From: Camelus dromedarius
Lineage: Eukaryota
Reading direction: 5' to 3'
Assembly: GCF_036321535.1 (NCBI RefSeq)
Contig: NC_087437.1
Coordinates: forward strand, 8,928,001-8,992,000
DNA length: 64,000 nucleotides
Shown: positions 38,621 through 52,564 of the stretch, in pieces
Layout of the letters: each line of letters starts with the position of its first letter
Numbering within the stretch: position 1 is the first letter of the stretch
Program-made: the position numbers and the translations under genes
The notes under the pieces: model-generated
What the model saw: only the letters and a program-made list of their open reading frames with translations
Told to the model about the DNA's origin: nothing
Database searches by the model: none

Positions 38621-39889
38621 ACAATGATCACATAGAAACTAAAAATTATTTGTAAATAATTTTTAACCATTTCAAACTTACAACCATTTAAAAGAAAATG
38701 AAATAGAGGGAAGTCCAAAAAACCATGTGTGTTGAAACTACACAAATCTGATGGAAAAAAATCAAAGAAAATCTTAATTAATGGAGAAATAATTAATTCA
38801 TGAATGGGGAAACTACATAGTAAAGATGCGAATTCCTATAAAAAAGTATAAGTTTACAATGATGCCTCTCAAAATCTCAGCAACAATTTTTGCAGATATA
38901 GGTAAGCTTATTCTAAAATTTGTGGGTAAAGGCAAAGACTAGACTAAAGCAATTTTGGAAAAAAGGGTAAAATGAGACGAATCTCTTTTTCCCAATTTCA
39001 AGATTTGCTATATACCTATATAGTAGGTATGGAAGGCTGTGTGGACCTTAAATAGAGAACTCAATTCTAGACTCAAGTGATGTGTGACAAGTTACAAAGG
39101 CAGGCGCAAACAAAGGAGTGGTGAAGGAATGAAGGTCTTGTCAAAAAACGAACACCCACAGGCCACACACATAAAAGATGAATCTTGATCAAAGTCTCAT
39201 AACTTATCCAAAAAATTAACCAAAATGAATCATGTACATAAAGGTAAAACAGAAAACTACCTACAGAACAATGGAGAGAAAAATAAACATGTTAATGGCA
39301 TTTTTAGTCCAGGATTAGAGGATTTGGCACACTTATCTAAAAGTAGTAACTTTATAAAGAATAATTACCTCAAGTAACAAATATTATACAACACATAAAA
39401 CACTTAGAATGATTAAGTTACACAATGTTATACAGCACTGATTTAAGGTTTATTTAGAATTTGGAAATTTGTGGTTCAGACAATTCAGAATTCTTTTTTT
39501 TTTTTTTTTTGGATTTTACATAACAATAGTTTAACTGACCAGTAATTTTTACTATTTTATTTAAATGTCAGTGATCAATAAATTAAAAGTAAAACAAGAT
39601 GACATTTTCCTAAGTCTGAGGCAGGAGGCTTTAGTTAGAACTGAGGCGCACATATGAATGTATTCTCTCTGGTGTATGGAAATGTGTTCCATTGTTGTTA
39701 GGGACTGATTATCTGCTTTAAAAAAGAGGGAAGAAGGTGCATCCTTAAAACTACATCATTCATTTCCTCCTCTCCCTTACCGGGAACAGATTCTTTTCCT
39801 TCACTTTAAAGTCATGCAAACTTTTAGACAGGAGACGCAGGAGAAAAGAGAAAATACGTGAACTTTTATCCTTCTCATTTTATACCTTA

Positions 39890-40220
39890 GAGAAGAGATG
39901 TTTGGTAGAAATATAACGCGAGCCACAATTATAAACCACGTATGTAACTTTGAATGTTCTAGTAGCTATATTAAAAAAAATAAAAGAAATAGATTAAATT
40001 AATATTAACAGTGTCTTTTATTTAATCTCATATATTCAAAGTATTATCATTTCAACACATACTCAACATAAAATATTAGTGAGCTATGTTATGCTCGTTT
40101 CTTGTACTGTCTTTTGAAATCTGCTGTGTATTTTACACCTTTAATGCATTCAACTCAAACTAGCCACATTTCAAGTGCTCGGTAGCCACTGCCTGGTAGC
40201 TTCCATGATGGACAGCACAG
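39890..40220. mobile_element. hAT-Charlie non-autonomous DNA transposon (MER33-like)
   Basis: 'tagaaatataacgcgagccaca...ctagccacatttcaagtgctcggtagccac...ggacagcacag'. Confidence 0.75.
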
Positions 40221-40799
40221 CTTAGAAAATAATCAGCAAATGTTTTCTTTATTCACAAAGATTTCATGTACTGACTACAGCCACAATGTTTCCTTGGCAT
40301 GCTGCCAATCTTCATCTATTCATGCTGCTATATTAATCTATACAACAGACGTTTTAATAGTACCACACAACTGCATATTGAAGGTGAGTTTTTTCTTCAT
40401 CAGGTCCTTATTTCTTTCAGTGAACTAAAACTTGCCTATAATTGGGTGGAGAATCAAGAACAAACCATAACATTTTGCAACAGTTCTATGGTGGGGATAA
40501 TATTCATCAAGAAGGAAAAAGTATGCTTTTGAATTTTTTTCTTTTAGTTCTCCTGAAAGACATATAAAAGTAGGCAAGGTCTATAACTGAAATAAAAAAA
40601 TCATGAATTATCATTCTGTTGAAAAATTAACTTTAATTCAGTAGGAATTCCAGGGCAGTGGAGTCGTGTGATGGGAGGTCCCCAAAGACCCAGAAATGCG
40701 ATCATTTCATCTATACAAAGGAAAACTAGACCCAATGGCTAAATAGAACACCATTGAACTTGCTATTCTTCCTCTGGGTTTTTTTTTTGTTTTTGTTTT

Positions 40800-41600
40800 T
40801 GACTTTGCTTTTATTTTTGTTATCTCTTGACATACTGCAGAGAGAGACACAGGATCCAGGTACCGCCTCCCACTTCCATGGCCACTCCCACTTCCATGGC
40901 CACTCCCACTTCCATGGCCACTCCCCTCTTCTGAGCCTCTATCGTTTCCCGTCTGGGGCACCAAAATGTCCCCAGAAGTCTCCCCTCTTTCCACCTGTGC
41001 CCCTCTCTCTATTCAATCTATTCTCAGCACAGCAGCCAGAGGTAATACATCAAATGGTGTAATTTCTCTGAGAAAACTTGGCAGGGTTTTCATTTTCCCT
41101 TACACACAGGAGTGTCCCACCAAGCCATGCAGACCTTGGCCCCCTGGTCTCTCAGTCTCTGGATGCTACTGTCCTTCTGGATTCTTGTTCTACCCCCGAA
41201 CACCCTGGTCTCCCAGCTGCTCTCTGAACAAACTGGCAAACTCCAGCCCTGGATTCTTTGTACTGGCCATTCCCACAAGGCTGTCTCTAAATATCTACAT
41301 GATTTCTCTCTCACCTCCCTCAACTCTTTGCTTATGTTCACCTTTTCAGTGAAGTCAACCCTGACCACCATGTTTTAATTTGCAACGCAATTCTATCTCT
41401 ATCCTCGGCATTCCCAACCCTCCTTTCTTCTCTCTTTCTCTCTCAACGTTTACCATCTTCTAATACACTACATAATTTATAATTTTCTTATTGATCAGGT
41501 TAATTTTACTTTCTGCTGTAAGACATTAGAACAGATACTCCACCAGGGTAGGGATTTTTGCTTTTTCTTACTATTGCCTCTGAGTTAATGAGTGAGTTTT
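40800..41600 (+). mobile_element. L2 fragment
   Basis: 'tctattctcagcacagcagccagagg', 'caccttttcagtgaagtcaaccctgaccac' and an L2-like 3' end. Confidence 0.7.
40867..40925. repeat. Perfect 18-bp tandem repeat, 3.3 copies (ctcccacttccatggcca)
   Basis: Units at 40867, 40885 and 40903, plus a partial copy ctccc. Confidence 0.97.
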
Positions 41601-44527
41601 AACATTTATGCTTCTGCTTGGTAGAAATGTTACCTTTTAGCCTTCATCCTTCACATTTCCTTTTTCTTTACCCTGCTTCATACTTACCATTTATGTATCA
41701 TTTATAACCCTCTGCAACAGGCTGTACACTTTAGTTAGCCATTTTGTTTAATGTCCCTCCCTCCCCATTGAATGTATATTATGTAAGAGGGGGATGTGTG
41801 TCTGTTTTTTTTCTAGTTGCATCCTCATATCTAACAGGATGCCTGAGCATCATGGTAGATATTCAGTGAATACACATTGAATATATGAATGAATTGGAGG
41901 TCAGCGATTTTCCCCGTCAGTGAGCTATCTCATGCATCTGGACTGGGGATTAATACCAAGAGAACACCTTTGAGAAATCCAGAAGATTGGCACTTCTTCA
42001 TGGTCCATTCTATTTCTTTCACTATGTTCTTGCAAATGAGTAATATCTGACCTTTCATCATGACTCTGCAAACACAAACTTAACAATGAAGACTAAGAAA
42101 AAACACCCCAGTTTGTCATCTTTGATCAACAAACTGAAGATGCTTTTTTTCATTCAGGCCCATTTCACCAGGCAACATGAAACCAGAGTCACTTTGCTAA
42201 ATTTTTAAAATAGTCCACAAAATAGAAGCCATACAAATCGGGTCAAGTAAGGACTAACAAAGGAGAAAGTCATCACGTATATACAGAAAGAATGCTTTCC
42301 TGAGAGCATCCTTGGATTCTGGCTCATCAACACGCACTGTATCGTTCAGTTAGTTAGGTAACTACCTGGCAGGAGTTCTCATGTACTTGATGCCAAAGCT
42401 TTTCAGCATGACTGACTCGTGAGGAAAAACAGGCAACTCCAGCTTGTACATGCTGAGAGGATGCTGTTATTTCTTACAATTCTTTGAGTCTTTTTAGAGA
42501 AATAGCAGATCTGAAGAAGTAAACTGGAAACCAGTGTGTGGAGTCCCCTTTGGGACTTCTGCTTCAAGCTAGTTGTTTGGGATTTTCCATTTTTACTTTA
42601 AACTGGAAAACTCTGTCCTATACATTACAGATTGACTGGGAGCATGTGATTACAAACATCTGACTGCCTTATTTTAGATGTCGACAACCACCTGCTGTAT
42701 GTTGAATAAATAATTAGCCAGGAGAGATTAAGAGGATGTAGGTTTGCTGAAAACCTCAGGATGCTTTCAAAATTAAATATATATAATGCTTAATTTGTTA
42801 CTAAATATGTCATTTTTAAAACGTTATCAAAAATAAATATGCTATAATGCTACCCAAGAAATTTCCATTTCTCTCCACAATGAAATCCTGCTTGCAAAAA
42901 CTATTTAGACACAGTAATGAGGTTAAACCAATTATCTGATCAACATCAGTAACATTTTTCAAGATCTCAAATTTTTTTAAAGAGTTGGCTAAAAAACAAT
43001 GAGTGCTTGGCTTGAGTGTTTAGAATTATTACCTTTTTTTTTTTTTCCAGTTCACATTTGGTGTGGATTCAAAGTTGAAGTAACCCAGTGTAATAGGTGG
43101 AGAATTTGATGTTTTGTGACTTGAGGGATTCAATATGGTAAGTCAGGTGACCGGAATGACCTCCTGGAAATGAAAATACGTCAGTGCCAGTATTTTATTG
43201 ATCAGTGTATTTGCCATCACGTATCCACTGTGCGTGTGAAATACATGTGCTCCAAATTCGTTCAGTAAGTCTGAGTACAATACAAAGATAAGAGGTAATG
43301 TCAGTCATTTCTAGTGTCTACATCTCACCTGTGACCTGGTTGTGCCACGTGGCTTAGAGACCATATATCAAAGATGCAGAAGTAAGCCATGCAAAATAGA
43401 GGTCTAAAAAGTGTAAACTAAACAACAGCCCATCAAAAATTTAGATACTACAGATAGGACAAATGATTACTAGTGTATGAATGAGCACAACAGATGAACA
43501 GAGTCCAGTTTGGGATTCCTCTTCTTTTGTTTGCTTTTGCCTAAGTTAGTCATTAAATCATTGGAACTTGTCACCGAAAGAAAATGGGATCGAGTGAAAA
43601 AAAAAGTTTAAATTTCACACATCCTGGATTTCACAGCAGGAGCCTATACTCAGGACATAACCCCCCAACATTAGAGTACACACTAATCTTCTAACCATTT
43701 GTTTAAACTTTCGTGTAAACTAAATCCTATTGTGGTGGTTGGTGGTTTGTTTGTTTGTTTTGTTTTGTTTTTGCAGAGACTTAGACTCAGAAATCTATAA
43801 ACTAAACATTGTTGCAAAACATTTGTCTTTCTTTTTTTTTTAACTTAACAACATCACAGGAAACTAATAGGCACCAGAATAACATGTACTTAACCCCAGT
43901 GCATTAGTTCTCATTTTTTCTTTTCGAAACGTTGGAAAAGTCAGTTTCTCTCCTAAACTTACCATTGGCTTTTTTCTTTTTAGTTCTCTATGAAAAAGCT
44001 ATTTTCTAATAAATGTAATCATCGTCATGATGTCCATCACCAGTAGGAAAGCAGGATTTCATATTCTACAAGTTACATAGAAAGTATAATATAATGCACC
44101 CTGGGTGTCTTCCACAAAGACTTCCGAAAAGAATTTGGAGAAAAAGTTTATTGCTCTACAGCTTTAAATGTCCTGGAATTTCTAAGCTTATCTCTGTTTT
44201 AGATAAGAAGCTCAAACCACAGTTAACCTGCAATTAATTATTCAGTGGGTGCTTATCCATGTTATGGATTATTCAAGTTCTTTGCTTCTCTTGTCATTAA
44301 TTCAAGGCTCATTACTTCCTCTTTCTTTCAATAGTTGGGGAAAGAATGAGGACCCAGAGCTCCAAGTAGCTATGGATGCACTTTGGTGTGGGAGTAAGTC
44401 AAAACCATTAGCCAAGAGGAAGCATGAAGTGATTTAGAGTCAAGGTCAGTCATACACCAAGGTATTTAGGCAGCTATTTATATGGAATAAATAAAAACCT
44501 GCCGCCAAATGACTCCAGCAACCCAAT

Positions 44528-45013
44528 GTATTCCTTTTCTATTGCTGCCTTAGCAAATCTCCACAAACACGGTGACTCAAATGCAAATGTTTTATCTTAT
44601 AGTTCTGTAAGTCAGAAGTGGGGCGTGGGTCTCACTGAGCTAAAATCAAGACGTTAGCTGGTCTGCATTCCTTTCTGGACCTCCTAGGGGAGAATCCGTC
44701 TCCTCACCTTTTCCAGTTACTGGAGACCACCCACATTCCTTGGTTCTTGGCTTCCTCCCTCCATCCTCATGAATGTAACATCTCTCTGATGGTTATTTGT
44801 CTTTAGAGCTTGTTTTGACCACAGCCTGGAGAGGTGCTTCACCTTTAAACACCCATGTATAAAACTTGGCCCACTCACATGATCTAGAATAATCTCTCCA
44901 TCTCAAAATCTGTAACCCAAATTGCATCTTTTGCCATGGAAAGTAACATATTCATGGATTTCAGAGGATTAGGGCATCGATGTCTTTGAAGGGTCTTTAT
45001 TCTGCCTGCCACA
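44528..45013 (-). mobile_element. MaLR solo LTR (MLT1C/D-like)
   Basis: Homologous to 535-995: 'ctaaaatcaagacgttagc', 'ctaggggagaatcc', 'aataatctctccatctcaaaatc', ending 'tattctgcctgccaca'. Confidence 0.8.
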
Positions 45014-45099
45014 CTCAGTGAATGTCAAACTTTCATATTGATCTTCTTGTCCTAGCTAAAACAATCATTAATGCTACCCAAATACCTAAGTAACCCATG

Positions 45100-45655
45100 A
45101 GTAATAGCGTAATATGGAAAAACAAATCTGACTCCATATTGGATCTGTTTCTTTCACGCGAACCTTTGTATTCTGTTGCTTTCGCTACAAGTTAATCACC
45201 GAAAGGATGTTGCCTGAGGCTTAAAGTACACATAATGGCCCATCTCTGGATCCCAGCCTCCTATGCCTGAGCATTAAGCTGAAATACCTTTGTTTAGCTC
45301 ACAGGAAACATCCTGACCAGTTCTACCTGTGAGTAGCTACAGGGAAGAAGAAATCAGAACATCCCCTCCAGAGTCTGGCGGAACCAGAATTATTGGCTGC
45401 AATTTATCACCTTTTTTACTTTACCTCCTCACCTCCCCCTCTTTGTTCTAGAAAAGGAACTAGCATCCAAACCTCAGCGAGATGGTTCTTTGGGACACTG
45501 GTCTGCCATCTTCTCCGTCTGCTGGCTTTCTGAATACAGTTGCTATTTCTTGCTCTGAAAATTCATCCCTAAATGTATCGGTCTGTTGTGCTTGTCAAGC
45601 AAGTATGAGCTTGGACTCAGTAACAATAGTTTCCGGGACTCAGGACTCGGTAACA
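45100..45655 (+). mobile_element. ERV1-type solo LTR
   Basis: 'tctgactccatattgg' near the start, 'ccatcttctccgtctgctggctttctgaatacagttgct', end 'gagcttggactc(a/g)gtaaca'; atga on both flanks. Confidence 0.75.
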
Positions 45656-46374
45656 ATGATAGTTCCCATATACTGAGTGCTTATTATTTTTCAGATACAA
45701 ATAGCGTCACAGAATTCTCACAGTGGCCCCATGAAGTGGGCATTACTTGTGCTACCAGCAATCGCAGATGAGAGAGAGGATGAAGGTCAAGTCACACAGC
45801 TGTGGCCAAGCTCAGCGGCAGAACCAACATCCCAGTCCAGGTTCTCCTGGCTCCAGATTCCATACCATGCTTTTCAAAAGTCTGCTTTACACCATTTGGT
45901 TTTATGAAAGACCTATCTTAATACCGGTTTTCACTAACCAAAAGAAATCTGAAGAAGAATCTCACTTGGACAAAAAAAAGGGGGGGGGGCGGGAAGAAAA
46001 AGTGCTCAGCGTTTGTTCTGCAGCAACTCCTAGAGAGGTACCACTCCCACCCCGGCAGCAACAGCTGCACCGCCTCTGGGCTCCTTCCCGGGGAGCTACC
46101 CTCAGCTTCTCAGCTGGAAGCCTCCATAGCTTTAAGCTGTGTCTGCGAGCACTTGTCTTTGCCTTGATTTATTCCGTGCATTCATTAGCAAGACACATCC
46201 TAAGGTAATTGCTTCTTTGCTTTATACTATTTCAGCTGATGAAAGGTTTCATAGGGAATGTTCCACATTGAGATAGTCGGGGAAACCTGTAATTTATTCT
46301 CAGCAATTTAAAAGCTCTCAAAGAGCTTTACTAAATAAAGGCTACCAGGGAGATGGAAGGATGTGGTCTAAAGC

Positions 46375-46554
46375 CGGGGCTCTCAAACTTTAGTGTGTAT
46401 CGAAGCCACCTGAGAGGGCTTGATAAAATGCGGAGTGTGGGGCCTCACCCTTGAACTTCTGATGCAGCAGGTCTGGGATGGGACCTGAGACCCTGAATTT
46501 CTCCAAGCACCCAGCTGATTCTGAGGCTGGGGGACTCTACCTTGAGAACCATTG
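46375..46554. mobile_element. MER5A (hAT-Charlie MITE)
   Basis: Termini 'ctctcaaactt...ccttgagaaccattg' and central 'tctgatgcagcaggtctgggatgggacctgaga'. Confidence 0.8.
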
Positions 46555-49500
46555 GCGTAGAGAATGGAAACCTGAGTCAGGTTGAGACTCTGCTCCAAAT
46601 GTTTTTGGCAGAGTGTGAATTTGAAGGAAAAAGAGCTAAAAAAAAAAAAAAAGTTACTGGATACTATAGAGTGGAGGGCGTCAGAGAGAGACACTGATAA
46701 GCTAGACTTATCTCTATGAAATAGAAAAACTTACCCAGGGCCATTCGTTCAGGTAGTGACAGAGCTGGGATGAAAACCCCAGTCTGCACAGGTGCAGAAA
46801 AGCCATTGAAAACAAACATTGCTTATTTTTAGCCTTTCCTGCTTTTGACCCTGTAAATGGATTCAATTATCTCCACTCTCTCCATTCTCATGTCAGTAGA
46901 CAAATGGGAGGCTGGCATCCTAAGTCTGTTTGACCAATTGCTTTGAAAAACATTCTGGAACACTTGGGGTATAAATAAAGAGTAAAATCTGGTTGGAGTC
47001 CCATCATTGTGTTAATTTAGGCTGTGTATAAAACACACGCTATTTGAACATTGGGAGGATTTTGCTAATTCCTCCCCCTTCCCCCAAAGAACGTCATTTT
47101 GGAACAAGGTCTTGATGTACTGTTTCTCATGTTTCTCTCTAAAATTCCCTGGCAAGGTCCGTGCTAACAGCCTGGCTCCGCTGAGCATCTGGCTGAGAGA
47201 GACAGAAGGACCTGCTCTTCATCAACTTTTCAGAAAGAATTTCAACTCTCTGGAGCTTGGCGGGAAGTCACGTCTTTGCTTCATCCTTTTCTAACGTTGG
47301 CCTTCCTTTTGAAAGCCTATTTATTGAGGTTTCTGAAATGCCTTCTCTGACACCAAGTATGGTCATCATCTGACCGTAAGATAATCAAAAGAACCTGGGA
47401 CACGTTTGGAGTGAAATGGATGGCATGCCTCAGAACTGAGGTGAAGGGGGAGTGTGAGATGAGGCAGACATAAGGGCTACAGCCTGTGCACCACATTTCT
47501 AGATGTCAGCGATGCTGAAATATGTCGCTTAAAGCAAATGTAGATCAGCAAAGCCCTGGAATAGAAATCACACTCTATTTCCTGGATGATTCATTTGAAG
47601 AGACTATTTATTGCGGACTTCATTTCAAGATCACGTGCCCATTTTCTTCTATAATTGCTCACACATAAATATATCTCACTGGCCCTAAAATTAGCCTGAC
47701 ATTCCCTCAAAAAAAAAAAAAAAGGCAGGGGAGGAGAGTTCATCTCTTGAGTATGCACTGTCAAGTTTTAAGCATGAAAGATCATCGTCGTGATGACTGA
47801 TGTCTCTAACATGAGGTCACCGAGGATGATATTTGGTCCTTAATGGTTGATTTGAGTCTGAGATCAAGTGGAACACAGCTCTCCAGGCCACAGCATCACT
47901 GGAAAGGATAAACGTGTTAGGCATGTCTTTCAACCCCACGGAGAGTTAAGCGCAGCACCTTTGGCTCCACCACTGGAAAGATTCCCTTTGCATAGTCTGG
48001 CAGAAACATGCCTAGGAATTCCCTGGGCTCTGTCTGTGGGGGCATGTGTGGGATACACCCAGGGTTCAACTTCACTTCTGTGGCCTCGAGTCAGAATTTG
48101 AGCCAATTTACAGCTCCTTCGTTTGAAGGCAAAGCCCCTGAAAGGGAGTAGACAGAAACCATCCCGTCAGATGCAGACTAGTGCTTAAGAGATTGCATCT
48201 CTCCAGCTTGTAGATCCAGCCCTCATTAAAGAATTAAATCATCTCTTCCTGGTAACTTTCAAACATTCTCTTCATTTGCTTGGCCAATTCTACCATTTTT
48301 CTTCCTCTGCCAGTCATGTCTCCTCCTTCCATCTGCGAATAGTTCCAGCAATCTACTTAGGTTGTTTTGGAAGCCTGTACCACAAACGTATCCTGTCCTC
48401 TGGTTCTCCCCTGCTTTCAGGTAATTTCTCTCCCCCATTGTGTTTCTACAGCTTCTCATTGCCAACAGTAGTACATTCCAATGGCTCCCTGGATCCACAG
48501 TGTTTTGAAACTCAACTCCAAATGGAGGAACTCCATACGAGGGGGAAGACATAGAAATAAGGATTACCTAGGTAAAAATAAATTTAACATACGATTCTAT
48601 TTTATTAGCTATAGTTTCCAGAGAGAAATTCATAGAGTACTAAAGAAAATGACTCTAACAATGAAAATGCTTCGCTGAGATCATAGAAGTCAGAGACTCT
48701 TTAAGATCTGCTAAGAGCTCCTGAGGTTGGCAGAGTGGGATGATGGTGATGGTGATGGTGTTTCTTATGTTTTTCTATTTCAGATCATGTAACATGATCT
48801 GAGTAATCATTTAAGTTTCAAGTGTACACATGTTGTGGATTGAACTTTGGAGTTTCCAAACATTTTTTTTTGGTACACTGTCAAATGTGGTCTTCAAAAT
48901 AACTCTGTGACTTAGGGTCATTATACCCCGCTTTCACAATGAGGAGTTGGAGGTACAAGGAGTGATGGGACCTGCTGAGGATCAGACAGTTGGTAACAGA
49001 GTTGCCCTAAATCCAACGCTCTTTTCACTACACCATCCACACACTGCCTCCAAGAGATTTCTGTTACAAGCACGTGGGGAGTTTTGAAGCAAGTTTTGAT
49101 GGTCAGGTCCCAACCCAGAAAAATTAAAGCAGAATATCTAAGTGTAGGGTCCAAGAATCACTATATTTTCTTTTTTAAGAAATTCCCTGGGAGATTCTGA
49201 CATGCAGTCAAGGGTGGAATATATAGCACTCATCTGAATGGCTCCCTTTATCATGGCTAATATTCGAGCTCAGGTCATTTAATCAACTCCACATGCTGTA
49301 GCATTGGCAGGCAGGCTAAAAGCAGAACAGCCAGCACGCCATTTTTCATCTCCCGTTCTCCTTCAGCGGATTTTTTAGGGTATGTCTTTAGCAGTGCAGA
49401 CATGTTGAAAACATGGAGATATTTAATACTGATAACTAGTAGACCCTGGGAGCCACAGGAACAGCAAAGTAAGCAAAGAGAAAGTCCTAACTAGTGGGCT

Positions 49501-52247
49501 CTATTGTGTATTCCAGTTTTACAATTCCCATTACCACGTGAACCACCCCATCTTCTCACTGAACCAATCACTGGCACATAGCCTTGGGCATGTACTCAAG
49601 AGAGAGGTGAATTGACCAGTGGAAGTGTAGTCCCTGATCATGTTTAATCAATTACTTCTGTAACTGACCTAGGAAAATTTCCATTCAGCGTAGCCCTGGC
49701 CTGTATTTATTGTTCTTTCTAAATGAAATGCTCCTAGTGAAACAGAAAGAATAGCTTGCAAATATCAAGTCTGTGCATTCACTCTGCCCTCACACCTCTT
49801 TTGAATCAGACTTCTTTCTCTGAGTCTGAGCCCAGAGGCTTACCTCCTAAAACAAGATAGATGAAATGATCTGCTATTGGTCTCTTTAGCCTGAAGCTAG
49901 TTTTAGAAAACAGGAAGTGGGGAAAGAGGGAATTCATTAAATTCTGTGATGCCTTTTTTTTTTTTTTTTTTTTTTAGTTGATGGGGAGCTCTACTTGGTA
50001 GGTGGGGTAACAAAATGTTATTCATAAAAGATGACCCAGGCAGGAAGAGAAAGTTTGAGGAAGACCCCTTCTGGTTGCTAAGAATGGAGAGAGGGCAGAC
50101 AAAAATGGTAGCAGGAGGGGTGGTCTCTGATGATGCTCACCTGCTTCAATGCTTTGGTAGATTCTGACTAGGGGAAGATAATTTCAAGCACTCTTGCCCT
50201 AGGCAGGGCTTTTGGAGGAGAAACCTGTGTATTCAACAACTCATGCAACATAGTTGTTGAGTGCCTACTCTCTGCTGATAACTGTTCCAAGTGACAGGCA
50301 TAGAACAGCAAGCAAAACAGACAGAAACCCCTGCAACAGGGAGACCCTCAGAGCTCGGTGAGGCATGTCCACCTTACACTCTTCGTACTGACTCAGTCCT
50401 CATGTAGTGCTGGTGATGGACATGAGGAACTTTGATAGAGGGTTGACTTAAATCTGAAGGAAACATACAGCTATTGAAACTTCCAAACAGAGGCTGAGTT
50501 ATTCAGAGCCTAATCCTTAAATTGATCTGAGATGACTACACTAAACTGATAGAGAAGTTTTAGTCCCCTTCTCCCAGAGGCAAATGGTATTCTTGGAACT
50601 CACTGATATTGCATCAATGAGTTCCAATAAAACAAAGCTATGTTTCTCGGCACATATAATGGTAATTTTGCAACTCTGCTCTCTTAAGAAACAGTATGAC
50701 AACAGAACACCTGGGAATAGGAAATGCTCGGGATAAAGTGTGGTCAAGGATCATTGTCAACACTGCTACACCTTGGAGGACTCAGAGAAACAAGATCATC
50801 AAGAAATGATGGTTTGAAGAAATAATATACTTCTATTGTTTATTCATACCAATATGTTTTTCTAGGACTAGAACTGGGCCCATGGTTACAAAGATCAACA
50901 TCCCAGGAGATAGAACAGGACAGGTAAGCTGCTTGCTCATTGAAATTAGGTAACGCCAAGCTTGAAGGAATTTGTGTTTATTTACCTACATTCTAAGTTG
51001 CTGGAACAGCTGTTATGAGCTGCCATAGGCTTCAAAAAACTTTCCTGTGGAATCCTCCTATGAACTGTGGAAACCAAATATTTAGGTCCTCTGCCCAAGT
51101 ATCGTGAGCCACGTCTCAGTTTTTACTCTTTGTTAGCCAATTAGTGTTTGGCATTGTCTTACTTAATTTTCACTCTCCCTGGATTGCCACCTTGTTTGTC
51201 TGTAGTGTCTTTAAATACACCATTAACACTTCTATGATCAAGGGGTTTTATAAGCCTCATCTAAAGCTCTAAGAGCTTTGGCAAAACTGGGTTACTGCTA
51301 AAAAGCTCCTGGCATGGCAAGAAGACCAGTTTTAGACTCTGCTTTTCCCCATTCAGTGTCAGTTACATATCTGCAGTGTTTGGCATGTTTCCAAAGTATA
51401 GATGACACGCAATGAGATACTCAGTAGCGTCCAACCACGGCTACTTAATTTTCCACTTACAGATTCAGGAAAGAGCCCGAAGTGTGAGGAAATGGGTACA
51501 ATGAATGCAATTCAGTGGTAATGATGATGAAAGTAAGCAATTCTCCTCCAAGGAAAGATCATCTTTCCTTGGTTCATTAATTGGTTAAAGACCTTAGATG
51601 AGCAGAAAACGCCTTTAGCTGGTAATTAGCATGCAAATAAGTATTGGCCCACAGGCCTGGGATTTAAAAGAAATGAGCCTGGGCTTAAAAGGAATGCTGG
51701 AGGCAAGCATATTTTAATAAAAATAAAAAATAATTCCCAAAGCACTGGAAATATTTGCTTTATGATGTTTTCCTTTTGAATCCTCTGACAATAGACTTGA
51801 CTCTGGTAAGATTCACCATTGAGGTCACTGGGATACATTCTTTAAGAAATAACTGTTTAGAAGAGAACACATTGCTTCTGGGGAAGACCTGTGGGTTTTC
51901 CATTAGGAAATTTATGAAACATTTATACCTGGTGCACAACAGTAGGGCTTTTGCAAAGGCTGGAAAGTCACTGTGGGGATTAATACATTTGGAACCCCCA
52001 AATCAACTCCACATCTCACAACTAGCAATCACCTTTGTATTTTTCAGGATAGGCTAGACTATGAGACTGTAAGAAATTAACCCCAGAATTTCAGTATCTG
52101 AACACAAGCAGAGCTGACATCTCACTCAGGCTCCACTTCCAATGCAGATGGGCAGGGGCACTTCTGCACCTTGTCCCACAGGAACCCAGGCTGTTGGAGG
52201 GTCTGCCAATTTATAGCTGCACCATCTGGAACTCATGCCCCTGGCTC

Positions 52248-52560
52248 TTTTTTTTTAAATTTTATTTTGATTTAAGTTGATTTACAATGTTACTTTCAGG
52301 TGTACAGAAAAGCAATTCAATTATACATATGCATATATATATATATTTTCAGATTCTTTTCTGTTATATGTCATTACCAGAAATTGAATATAGTTCCCTG
52401 TGCTACACAGTAGGTCCTTGTTGTTTATTGAATATAGTTGCCTGTGCTACACAGTGGGTCTTTATTGTTTATCTATTTTATATACAGTAGTGTGTCTCTG
52501 TTAATCCCAGACTCCTAATCTATCCCACCTCCCCTGCCCTTTCCCCTTTGGTAGCCATAG
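52248..52560 (-). mobile_element. L1 3' stub with an internal 44-bp tandem duplication
   Basis: Same family as 25294-25645; duplicated unit at 52383-52426 / 52427-52470. Confidence 0.85.
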
Positions 52561-52564
52561 TCAG

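Larger units (their letters stand above)
35410..39270 (+). mobile_element. Large decayed old L1 (5' UTR, ORF1 and ORF2 remnants) with younger inserts
   Basis: ORF 37679-38110 contains YDQVGLIPVMQGWVNIQKSNNVI (L1 ORF2 RT region); ORF1-like A-rich sequence at 36230-36540; many stops and deletions. Confidence 0.8.

Noticed and set aside
40867..40925. CRISPR-like array or GSGHGS/SHFHGH peptide repeat gene
   Set aside because: No spacers, eukaryotic context, and it lies within an L2; it is a simple minisatellite.
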